64,000 bases of DNA from Amoebophrya sp. A120 (Eukaryota; Protista; Dinoflagellata): assembly GCA_905178155.1 (NCBI GenBank), contig CAJINV010000004.1, forward strand, positions 6,302,828 through 6,366,827, given 5' to 3'. The notes below the pieces were generated by a model that saw only the letters and a list, made by a program, of their open reading frames with translations, was not told the origin of the DNA and ran no database searches. This document shows positions 26,301 through 37,700 of this stretch, piece after piece (position 1 is the first letter of the stretch; each line of letters begins with the position of its first letter). The position numbers and the translations under genes are program-made.

Positions 26301-29300
26301 TCTGCCACCGGCCGCGCTGGATCAGCGGGTTGCGACTGACGGCCTTCGTCTTCCCCTTCCCCTCCGCGGCCTCCGGCCACTTTTCGGGCATCTGCGCGAG
26401 ATACTTGTCGGCGGCGTTGGACACGAGCTCTTTCCGCTCCGGGAGCGTCAGCTGCCCGCCGTACTTGCGGTTCATCGTCAGCAAGTCGTCGAACGCGGTG
26501 CGTTTCACGAACCCCGCGGTGGCGATCTGGTCTTTCAGCAGCCACCCGTGCTTTCGCGGGGGCGGCGTGCGGTCCCGCGTGTCGAACTCCTGGCGCGGAA
26601 CGTCCTGGAAGTGGTACAAGGCCGCGTTCTCGCCGTTGATATCACCGTAGTAGTTTTCCCTGGTGCCGAGATTAATCGCGCCGGGGATCGGACCGAGCGG
26701 ACTTGCGTCACCTCCTTCCGGGAGCTTGACTTTATTTTTCCCGTCCTTACTCACTGTTTTTCCGTCACCCTCCGGTTTGCCGATCAGCTCGCCCTTCTTG
26801 TCTCGCCCCTGGTAGTCCAGGGGGTCGAAAACCGTGCCGTCCTTCGTCCGCGTGCCCGCCGCGTAGTTGCCGACCCGGTTTCCCACCATGGGCTTGGACA
26901 GCTCCATGCGCGCGTCCCAGTGGGAAAACGGGGGAATGGAATAGAACCGACCCACTTCTTCCTCCAGCCAGTTCCGCTGCCGCTCGCGCGCGTTGTCGTA
27001 GTCGGTGTAGGCGTTGATCTTCGTGAAGATCGCCCGCCGAAACTGCTGAAACTCCCGCTCCGCGTGGTTCCGCATTTGCGCAAACAAGTCCGGCTGAATG
27101 GAAATGTTTGCGACCATGTCGTGCGTGTCCAGCGGGGTGGGGCTGTTGTTTATTTCGTGGTTGATGTTCTATCACTATCATTTGATTCAACCATTAACCT
27201 GTATACACAAGAACGCTTTGTTCTTGGAGACTCGGCTTCACAATCACTAATCAAAACAACTCGAACTCTCTAGTCAATCGAACCAGGGAATAAATCATGA
27301 CTCAAGTATACCCTTTCCGATGAAAGCGGTTCATGGCCCTGGTGAACGCCGGGTCGAGGTATCCGCGCACGCTTATCCCGCCAAACTCGAGGTCTTGGAT
27401 GAGCCTTCCCGGCTTCAGATTTTTGATCGCTTCCTCCTCGGGCAGCGGTTTCCGGAGCTTTTGCAGGTCGTACAACTTCACCATCAAGTTCGGCCACTGC
27501 GCCAGCACGGTGGGTGGCCGCGCCTTCGCCAGCAGCCCCTTCTTCACCTCGAAATTGCGTTTCCCGGCCTTCACGGCCCGGGCTTTTGATTTTTTCGCCT
27601 TGATGCGGGCACGGTTCTGCTCCTTCTTTTTCTGTTCCTCCTTGTCGTATGTTTCCTTCAACGCGGTCTCTTTTGCTCCACTGGGTTCCAGTATCCCTTT
27701 CGTCAAGTCCTCCCGTTCCTTGTGGATCCTTGCCTGCATTTCCTCGCCGAAGAACTTGATCTTCCCCGTTTTGTCGTCGTAGGCGTGCGGCAGAAATTTC
27801 TGTTTTTTCGTTTGCGGCAGCGATTTCCCGACGCGGAAATCGGTGGGGGTCGGCTGGCCGGTGATGTCCACGCTGGAAAACGGTATAACGCCCTCAGGTG
27901 TTACAATCTCAAACGTTACAAGTAGAATCTGGATTTTGTGTTGCAAAATGCGCAAAGTCTCCCCTACGTACTCCCAAAGGAGCGCGCATGACAAGTCTCG
28001 GAGCTCCAAACCCCATGAGAATCTGACGAAATTTGTATTGCGAAAAGCCTAAGTCTCTGTATGGTACTGATGCTGTTCATGCAAGACAAATTCCAGATTC
28101 TATTGTAACGTTTGAGATTGTAACATCTGAGCACGCCATAAACGGCTGGTAGGGTTTGTGTTGCTGTTCGTGCTCGCTGTGCGTGGCGGCCTTCGGGGCC
28201 CGGAAGCCGCCGGTCAGGCCCTGGCCGAAGCCGGGCGCGAACTCGCCGTAGTGTCGCTCCAAATCCGCCCCGCCGCCGAAGGGTTGGTGGGCGCTGTCGT
28301 GGCCCGCGAAACCGCCCATGGGGTGGGCGGGGGCCATGCTGCCACCGCCAAACCCCATGCTGGGCGCGCCGCCCATCGCGCTTTGCGTGCCGGGGCTGGA
28401 GTGGCTGGTGGCCAGGCTCGCCGCCTGGTTCGGTGCAAAGCTTCCCCCCATACTCGCACCGCCGAAGCCCCCGCCCGAACTCCCACCGCCACCGCCGGAA
28501 CTACTACCGGGCCTGTCGTCACTGCCTGCTTTCTTTTTAGACCCGTCATAGCTGCCAGCGGCGTCGCTGCCTTGTCCTCCAAAACTCCCCGGTGGCGCGG
28601 CGGTTTTCTTGTCGTCTGAATCAGACCCGCTGGACTTTTTCCCGTCAGAAGATTTTTTCCCGTCACTAGACTTTTTCCCGCCACTGTCACTGGACTTCTT
28701 CCCGCCACTGTCACTAGACTTTTTCCCGCCACTGTCACTGGACTTTTTCCCTCCACTGTCACTAGACTTTTTCCCCCCACTGTCACTGGACTTTTTCCCG
28801 TCGCTGCCATCAGACTTCTTTCCGTCCGACTTCTTGTCATCGTCACTGCCATCATCTCCGCTGTCCGCTTGCGCAAAGCTCCCGCCCAAACTGGACGCTT
28901 TACTGCTGGACTTCTTGGTCAGTTGACTCGCGGGCTTTTCTTTCCCGTCACTGGAAGATGATGAACTAGATTTCTTCCCGTCCGATTTCTTTCCGTCAGA
29001 GGACTTCTTGTCGTCGTCACTCCCGCTCCCACTGTCCGCTTGGGCGAAACTTCCGCCCAAACTCGATGGCTGGCTGCCCTTTTTGGAACCACTCGCAGGC
29101 TTTTCCTCGTCGCTGTCACTTTCCTCGTCGTGGTCAGTGCTGCCCTCCGGGCTTTGCGAGGTAGCCCCCTTCATTTGCGACGATCCCACTTGGGAATGAG
29201 ACTGCTGTTGGGATGGCGTTTGGTGTTGGTAGGAACCGAGCTGGGACTGCTGTTGGGATGGCGATTGTTGTTGGGAGGAACCGAAGGAGCTCACGTGTTT

Positions 29301-32300
29301 GTGCTGGGAAGAGCCCTGTTGCTGCGAGCCGAAGGACCCGGGCTCCTCCTCGACATCTTCGCCACTCGCACCACTGTCATTGGTGTTCGTGTCTTGTTCC
29401 TCCTTGCTGTCACCAGCCCCAGATTGTTCTTCTTGGCTATCCTCACCTCCTGTACTTTCCTCGTTGGTACCCGTACCACCACCGCCTTCCCCGCTATTTT
29501 CCTCGTTGCTAGCGGTGTTGCCTTGATTGCTCGCACCAGCCTCGCCACTCTCGACGCCCTCGCTCTCCTCCTCATCACCGCCGCTGCCGGATTCGCTACC
29601 GCTGCCGGATTATCAAATGCAAAAGTGTCTGGGTCTAGAAGAGTGCAGAAGTTTGTCATGCAGATTTTCCATGAGCCGTGAGGTCTGTAATGCGGGACTT
29701 AGTGTGACGGACTCTGCGAGGTCTCTGCCATGCCCACCCTGCATGAGAAACTCTCTCCCAACTTGGTCGAAAGTGGACAGCTTTTGGCACTCATGCAACA
29801 CAGATTTTTGCATGCTTCAGATTTACCATGACAGGTTACCACCTTCCAGACCCAGACATTTTTGCATTTGATACGGACTCGCTGCCGCTGCTCGCCTCGC
29901 CCTCCGCTGCCCGGACCGGAGCTTTCTTGTTCTTCCGCAGAGAGCTTTGGGCCGGCAGTAGGGAGAGCTGACTCTGCGGCATCAAGGGTTCTTTCAGCAC
30001 CGCAGGTTGTACTAACGACTGCATTTTCTTCGGAGCTTGTTTCTGATTCATGTTTCCGTTCCGTGCAGAAAAGAAATCAAACGACGCCTGCATCTGCAGA
30101 ATCTTCGCCGGTGTGGTGGAAGTGGTGGCCGCTTCAGCTTTGATGCTTGCTCTGGTCAACATCTCCTCCTGTGCATCAAGGCGGGGAGCAGTAGTAGTGT
30201 CCGCGGTTTTGCTCGACGAGCTTCTTCTACTTCTCCTTTTCACCACAACAGAAGATCCTCTTTCGTTCGTGCTGGAGCGCCGTCGGCCTGCGCGTTCTTG
30301 TTCTGTGGACTTATTGGAACTTTTCCGTCTCACTACAAGTGGGCTACCTTTTCTACTCTCTTCCTTATTCTGCCCGAGATCAGAAGATGCTTCTGCTGCG
30401 CGACCAGCAGAGCTGGTTCCCCCTTTAACCACAGCAAGAACTTCTGGCCCATCCTCCGACACCTCACCGGCGAGTGCACTTTGAAAACTTTCGTTTCCAC
30501 TCTCCTCAACGACCAGGTCATCCGCAGCCTCTCCTTCAGTGCCTACATTCGCACGTCGATGACCACCTCTATTCCGGCCCGGAATATCGTCAGCCGAGGA
30601 AGCTGCGTCGCCTTCTGCTCCGTCACCCACCATATCCATGGAAAACGGGCGCACCTCCGACTCCACGGCACTCCGAAAGCTGCTGCTCCCGTCGTCGCGC
30701 GAAGACGGGGGTCCACCGGGGAGGGAAAAATCGGCCAAGTCAATACTGCTGGTCGCCGCTGCACTCAATTCACGTTGATGTAGAAGTTCTGCGGCACTGC
30801 TAGTAGGTGGACTACTGATGATATCGTCATGCTGCTCCTCCTTGTTCAAAATCCCAAGCTGAGTAGAGGGTCGATTCTTCGCACTATATCTTTCTGCCAT
30901 CACAGCCGCGGCGCCGGAATACACGACCTTGCGCTGCGAAGAGACACCCGAGGACTTCTCTGACTGCGTGGCCGTTGGGAGAACCTTAACTGGCTTCTTC
31001 CGCACTTCGGCCGCGGCCTGCTCCTGTATCTCGGAAAGATCGACGCCAGAAGAGGACTTGCTCTCCCTGGTGCGGGGCCTATTTTTACTACTTCTCCGTT
31101 TCTGGTGATCTACTTCCTCGTCTTGCAGAATCGTAGACTTTTGGGACGCTGCTTCGGAATGATTCTCCGGAGGAGAAGGGGCACCAACTTCTTGCGGTGG
31201 AAGTTTTTCCAGCAATTTCTGCAGTTCCTGGTCCACAGCAGCAGCTTCAGCTCCAGCAGTGTCATCTACGATTTCCGCGCTAGTGTCTTGCCCCCTGCTA
31301 CTGTTTCGTGAAACCTTGCTCCGTTTCAACACAATCGGCGAAGTAGTTCTACTTGTCCGTGCAGCGCCTGCAACCCCGGGAGACAAATGTTTTTCCCCAC
31401 GATTAGCGCCCTGCTGTCCAATCTGAAAGCCTTGTTGAGGACTCTTGATCACCGCGGGCATGAAATCAAGCCGCGGCTTCACCGCCAGGCGGGAACTCGC
31501 GGTGGGCTTTGGCGAGGCCGGTTTCGGACGGGGCGGGGCGGGGCGGACAAATTCTTGCACGACCTGCGCCACCTCGACCCCCGGCTCGGCGCTGGACGAG
31601 GAAAAATCCGCGTCGGGGAAGTCCGCGTCCTGCGGGATCGGAAGAGGCGGCACCTTTCTGGGCCCGTTTGGTTTCTTACTTGATATCGGCTCTTGGTGAG
31701 GGGTAGGTCTCGTTGAGGAAGAAGTTCTTGTTTGCGTTTCTGTGGCAGTATTTGCAGCTGATACAAGTGTATCAAATGTAAAAATGTCTGGGTCTGGAAG
31801 ATTTCCAGGTTTGTCATGCACATTTTGCATGACTTCTGATGTCTGTGATGCATGCCCTAGCATCACAGATTTTGCGAGGGCTTCCTGATGCCTATACCGC
31901 ATGACAAATGCTCTTTCCGTGTAGCAAAACTTGGGCTCTCTTTGCTGCCCATGCAATACAGATTTTTTTAGAATTCAAAATCAGCATGACAAGTTGCATT
32001 CTTCCAGACCCAGACATTTTTACAGGTGATAAAGTGGCTGCGGCATCGTCGTGTAGGCGTTCAGCAGCGGTTCGTGGATCGTCGTGGTGGTACTCCTTCT
32101 CTCCGCTACTATTTTCCCCGGATCATCTTTACTAGAGATGTTCATGTGCCGGTAACTCAGCTGCTGGCTAAACCGCGACAACTCTCCTTGCGGCAATTCC
32201 TGGTTTATCCGGATCACTTCGCTCCGTCGCTCCAATTTTGCCGGCTGCACGGAGGATTTCTTGGTCGTCACTTGCTGTGCTTGTTGTGTTCGCGGTAGTT

Positions 32301-33620
32301 CATCATCTTGCACGACGTTATTTGCAGCAACGCTCCTTCTGCGCAAGTTTTCCCGCAGCGAATCTGACCGCTCGCGCGCTGAAGATCTATCTGGAGAAGT
32401 AGTAGAGCCAAGGTTCATCAGATTCTGCTGTGTACTAGAATTCTGCTGCTGTGTCGTAGTTGGAACGACCCCTGTTCGGCGCGTTACAGCGTCCGCCGCT
32501 CGTGATTCATCCACCATCTGCATCACCTTGCCCAAATCGTCCTCCTTCGACCGTTGAGCAGATGTTGAGCCCGGTAGCTCTTCTACTGCCGTCAGAGGCT
32601 GCGTGCCGACAGGCGAAGAAGCCGTTGTACTGTTGTTTCCGAGTAGAACCTTCCGGCCGTCGGATAAGAGTTTCGCCTGCTGCTCCGGCGAGGGTGTGCT
32701 TCCCACCGGGGAAACTACACTTGCCCTCAAAGAACCTGCCGAAGTTGTTGTTCTACTGCCGCCGCTATAATTTCGCGCCCCCTGGGTAGACCCCGTCGAA
32801 TTACTACCATACCGGGCCAGCAAATCCCCAATGCCCTCCGGCCGTGCTTCGGGGGAGAACGAAACCCGCTTCTTTGGCGCTGATTGTTCATTTCCCCCCG
32901 GACTCCGGCTCCGCATCGGCGGCCCCGAACGCGGTCCCTGCGGGTTTTTCGCCAAACGCGGGTCAGGTTTGATTTTGTCCACGCTGTTGCGGTGAATCAA
33001 GTCCACATCCGTGAACAGCGGGCTGGCGCTGGACGTGCGCACGTGAATCACCTCGCCCCAATATCATGTGTAAAAACATCCCCGCCCCAGAGTCAATCTG
33101 GGGATTTTGCAACACAAACATGGAAGTTTTGGGACTCACGCATCACAAGTTGCAGTGCGTAGTGTAGTGCAGGTTAGCAAGGGCAAGCGCATCACAAATC
33201 CATCTGCTTATCCTGGTTACAGCATTACAAATCCCAAAACACCACTAGAAACGCCCCTCATGGAGATGCGCATTACAAATGTTCCTGTCATTGCAAATCT
33301 GCATCACAACTCTGGGAAGGGGACGTTTTTACAAATGATACCCGAGCTTTGTTTCTAGTAGGCGAAAGCGACGCGGCCTTCAAAACATTACTCTGACTCC
33401 ACACCGTCGGGTTGGTGAGGCGCTGCAACGACCGGGGCGACAACTCGGTTTTGTCGTACCGGGATAGCAGGTTGGAAAAGCTGCTGCGCTGGATGTCCTC
33501 GCTCCTCGTCGAGCTGTTCCGGGGTAATGGTGGGGGTAACCGGTCCGTAGACCCGTCGCGGCTGGCAGCCGTTGTAGGAGATGGAGCGGCCGGCCCGGCC
33601 TCCGCTTCGTAAAACAACAT
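20329..33620 (-). CDS. Giant (~3,924 aa) low-complexity/repeat protein split by five introners and one GT-AG intron
   Basis: Exons ~33620-33342, 33057-32033, 31765-29875, 29606-28142, 27879-27312, 27142-22892 and 22624-20329 sum to 11,775 nt, in frame. Junctions read RNKAR-GEVIH, PQPL-VSAAN, GSES-GSGSES, YQPF-SSVD, HRKG-PTPL (GT-AG intron 27143-27311) and MLDY-RPDV. The start codon is uncertain. Confidence 0.7.
21760..21960 (-). repeat. Coding tandem repeat, ~84-nt unit (FRPVDYRPEVSDRFNPKFGAGTTTEEY)
   Basis: Near-identical peptide units are visible in the 2262-aa ORF translation. Boundaries are approximate. Confidence 0.8.
22629..22890. mobile_element. Introner element (family A, 262 bp), TSD GTAGT/ATAGT
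   Basis: TIR TATGGATTGCAAATATGTCTGGGTCTGGAAG / TTCCAGACCCAGACATTTTTGCATTTGATA. Removal restores the host repeat motif LDYRPDV. Confidence 0.92.
27884..28140. mobile_element. Introner element (family D, 257 bp), TSD AACGG
   Basis: ~50-bp TIR containing TGTTACAATCTCAAACGTTACAA; perfect TSD at 27879-27883 and 28141-28145; frame restored. Confidence 0.9.
28630..28800 (-). repeat. Coding 24-bp tandem repeat (SSDSGGKK x~5)
   Basis: CTTTTTCCCGCCACTGTCACT(G/A)GA units on the plus strand. Confidence 0.85.
29611..29873. mobile_element. Introner element (family A, 263 bp), TSD CGGAT/CGGAC
   Basis: TATCAAATGCAAAAGTGTCTGGGTCT...AGACCCAGACATTTTTGCATTTGATA; frame restored. Confidence 0.92.
31770..32031. 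mobile_element. Introner element (family A, 262 bp), TSD AAGTG
   Basis: Family A TIR and perfect TSD; carries an in-frame stop if retained. Confidence 0.92.
33062..33340. mobile_element. Introner element (family C, 279 bp), TSD CCCAA/CCCGA
   Basis: TATCATGTGTAAAAACATCCCCGCCCCAGAG / CTCTGGGAAGGGGACGTTTTTACAAATGATA; frame restored. Confidence 0.88.
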
Positions 33621-34737
33621 AGTAGAGCTGATGGTGTAGCCGCTGCACTAGTCTTGATGCGTACTTGGGTGGGGCTGGGGGTACCTGAAGCAATCACAGC
33701 TACGTGACTTCTGCTGGAAAAGGAAAACTAATTTAACTTTTTTGCATGACAATTTGGATTTTACTTTTAGCGTGAAGAAAACTAACGAAAAGGAAAATGT
33801 AATGCTACTCAAAAAGCTCTCTAGATGACGGTGGTATAATCTTGGTGGTGGTATAATCTTGATCCACATATAATAACCTGGATGGCGCAATAAAGCCGCT
33901 ACTATCTATTAGGCAGGACCTGGTTTTTCTTTTTCTGAAAAGTAAGTTTAGAGGAACAATGCAACGACCGCCAGCTTAGCACGAATAAACGAACGTACCT
34001 GGTGAACGAACCGGAGAAATTTCGCTTGGACGATGGACGACAAAAGGAAGACGAATGAACGAAAACACTGAACGACCAAATGCAGAACGAAACAGCCACG
34101 ATAGGACGACAAATAAGAAAGCACGGCGATAGGACGACAAATAAGAAAGCAGTTCCCTACACGAAAGAAGCAAGAGCTCGCACTGGGAGAAATCAAAATT
34201 CAAACTTTCGTGGAGGTTTATATAAAGGTTTGGTGAGAACAACGCAGCCGCCACACCACGGAAGCCTGCACAGTTCGTGGTCTTGCAAAAAACGAGTAAG
34301 TAGCAATTCTTTCTACTTTCATGAAAACATGGAAATGGGTCGCGTTTTTTAGGACACTGTCCTTCTTGTACAACTTCTTACTTTAGATATACTCTACTCA
34401 TCGGTCTTTCTTGGCACATCACATGCCCTTTTTTTCATTTTCTTCGTCCATTGCAGTGCGAAACGAAAGGCACGACGGCTGCACGAGGTTTCTTTTACTC
34501 TCTTTCTCTTCAAGAGTAGAAACAAGGCCTCTAGTGGAATACTGTGCAAGTTTGATGTCGTTTGTAACGGTCGTTCTGGCATCACTTCTTTCAAAACCTC
34601 CACGCGGTATCAATAGAGCATGAACTCCTGAATGGGGAGGCCAGGTGGTTCTAGTGTGGTAAAAGTAGTTCCGGTTCCGTTCGTCTCAAAATGCAGTGGC
34701 CTCTGCTGGTACTAAACCTTTGCCTGTTGAGATGAAC

Positions 34738-37700
34738 TCAGTCGTCTTCATCGTAGCAGTTGTCATCCCCATCTTCATATTCGTCAGAATATAGTGCCGA
34801 TCCTTGTGGTTCATTTTCTGACTGAACTTCAGAGAATTCCTCATCTTCAAATTCGTCGCCCCCTGCTGGTTCTTGATTGTCGCTCTGCACCGGAATAGTA
34901 CCTTGCTGCTGCACCTGATGACAAAGAGCTCCTGCATCGACGTGGTGCACCCCTGCTGCTTCTTCATCTTGATTGTCCTCGAAGTTCTCGTCGTTCTCAA
35001 TCTGAACACCAGGAGCATCTAGCAGAACACCAGCCTGTACTACTTCTCCACGCGAAGAAGTTCTTGTACCACTACTTTCATACGCCTTGAACCTCGTTTC
35101 ATCATTCACCAACATTTCCAGGTCCTCTAGCAGCTCTTTGTCCTTCTGTCTTTCCGCTCGGGATTGCTTCCCAAGCAGACTGTTCCTCTTCCGGCTTTCC
35201 TGCTCCAACGCTCTGAGACACGTTTTGCGCAGCGTTTCGTTCATCCGTTCGTTCCGGTGGGGGGTCCACTTTCGGATCATCGCCTTCTTCTCGGTGAGGG
35301 TGTACTCAGAGTTGACGATGTCCATCAGACTCATCCTAGCAACCTCCGCTGGATTTGGTATGCATTTATTTTTGTTCTTCGCGTTGTTCTTTCTCCTCTT
35401 CGCATTTATGTGTTGACCATACTCGTCGAACACGACTATATCGTCCTCTGGGTCGTCGTACGGCGTAAACTTGTCTTGCTTATTTGTCCGGGCCACTATC
35501 AAATTGTCAACTGCTTCGTCCTCGAATGATGATGATGAAACTGCGCCCAACCGCACGATTTCCGGATCCAGGTCGAGGTCAAGCTCGTCCTTCTTGTTTC
35601 GGTGTCTTTTGTTACTCATCTTCGGGATCACCATCGTGTTGCTGGTGGTTGGAAGTGCAACCAGGGTAGTACAATGTGACGACGAGTTGTTCTTGGGGTT
35701 CTGTTGTACTATTGTGTCGTCGCCGACATCGCCGTCTTCGAGTGGAGCGGGAGCCAGGCTGGGGCTGAAGATATCAGAGTGGTCTCCCGAACCATAATTA
35801 CCAATACAACTCCGCTGGTGGTCGACTAGCCAGTCGAGATGATTGGTCTCGTCTTTCTTCTCGCCAGTTCTCGTACTAGTTGCTAGACTCGCCGCCACAT
35901 TCAGGATCAACCCTGCGGTTTGGTTGGAACACGAATTGGCACCGCCGACCCCGTTGAAGTTCTGGTTCGCCAGCAGCGCCGAGGGCAAGTCAATTTCTGC
36001 GGCGGTGCACTTGGATTGCTGCTTCCGCATCAGCTCCGCTCGCTTGTGCCCGTGCTCCAGTACCCGGCACGGGTTGGCGACCAGATGGGTGATGTTGAGC
36101 TTGTCGTGCCTGTCCGCCATGCCTTCCGGGTTCCTCAGGTTAAACCTGCGAATGACGTCTTGCTCGGAGGTGAAAATGTTGTAGTTATCCCGCAAATAGT
36201 CGTTGATTTTCTTCCAGTTTCCGGGTTTGAATTTTTTCACCGCCTCCGCCAAGTGCTGGTCCTGTTCCTCGGACCAGTGGTGCATCTCCCTTCTCCCGCC
36301 GAACTGGAAGTTGAGCAGGTTTTGTTTTATCTTCTGTTGCAGCTGTTTTTTACTCTTCTTATTCATTTTGTTTTTCTTTGCTTTCCGCAGCGTCGCGATC
36401 TGCCGCTGCACGTAGCTTTTGGTTTTGCTCAGTTTGCTCTGGACTGCGCTCTTTTTCACGTCGGGGTAGTGGTCGTACAGAAAATCCTGGACGATGTTTT
36501 TGTTCCCGGGGTTCCGCTTGATTTTCGCCACGCTCGCATCTTGTTGTGCATCATCGCTTTCGAGTCCAGAGCGGGGCATTTTACCCGCTTGTTCCGAGTG
36601 GTCCACGGCCGTAGTAGATCTGGGCACTTCTCGCTCCTCATTCAAGTAAAAATCCGGCTGAAAAACTTCCGACGGAACTGGAGTCTTCTTGTTTCCCGAC
36701 AAATCACCCCGACCCTGCGACTTATTTTCCTTCCTTTGCTCCCGCTTCATCAATTGGCTCTGTGTAGTCCCCGCCTTACTGTTTTTCTTAGTCGGCTGTT
36801 GAAACCTGTCTAACCCGTAGAAGAACGCCAGCGTCTGCAGGTCGTTCGCGGCGTCTGGCGCCCATTTGTGCTTCGGGTAGTTGTAGTGCTGCCAGGCTTC
36901 GCCCAAGGTCTTTGGGTGTTTCCGCTGGGCGAGAAGCTGCACCAACTATGGATTGCAAATATGTCTGGGTCTGGAACAAAGCAACTTGTCATGCTGTTTT
37001 TGGACTGTAAAAAAATTTGTAATTGCATGACCAGCAAGAGGGGTACAGTTTTTGCTACACGGACAGGGCATTTCTCATGCGGAAGGTGCATCAGGAAGTA
37101 GCCCTCTAAAAGTCTACGATGCTAGGTCAAGCATTACACGCATCATGGGTCATGAGAAATATGCATGACAAGTCTTGCATTCTTCCAGACCCAGACATTT
37201 TTGCATTTGATACCAACGTGTGCCAGTCGATCTCTTCCTGGCGCCAGTTCTGCTTGATGTACTCCCCAAAGACTTTCCGGTTATGCAAGAAAAAAACTGT
37301 GTAAGTGTAAATCTGTGATGCAGAAAATGCAAAACAGTTAAACCTGTCACGCCAGACAACCATGAAGTCCTCTCTTCGTGTGTGTTTTTCCTTACAAGCC
37401 ACGCATGAGAGGTTTTCTCTGTCGTGTAGGGCAAATTTGTGATGCTGCCAGCCCAAGAAAGTTACACTAACACAGTTTTTTTCTTGGATACCGGTCCGTC
37501 TTCGACCACCACTGCTGCACGTCCCGCGCGTGCGGGTTCAGGGCGCGCACCCACCGCGTGAACACGGACCACACGGAGCGCTTAGTCCCTAACTGCTGTG
37601 TTATCGCGACCCAATTGAGCTGCGGCTTGGAAATATTTCCAAACTTGTCGTCCCAGCCGTAGACGGCCAATTCCTCCCGCCGGTTCGGGTGGTACAATTT

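Noticed and set aside
27202-27310. Possible 22nd introner (TAT...ATA flanked by ACCTG/CCCTT)
   Set aside because: There is no TIR beyond a few bases, and removal leads into stop codons in the downstream frame. GT-AG intron 27143-27311 explains the junction.
34099-34151. 25-bp direct repeat CGATAGGACGACAAATAAGAAAGCA (two copies)
   Set aside because: A simple local tandem duplication with no further structure.
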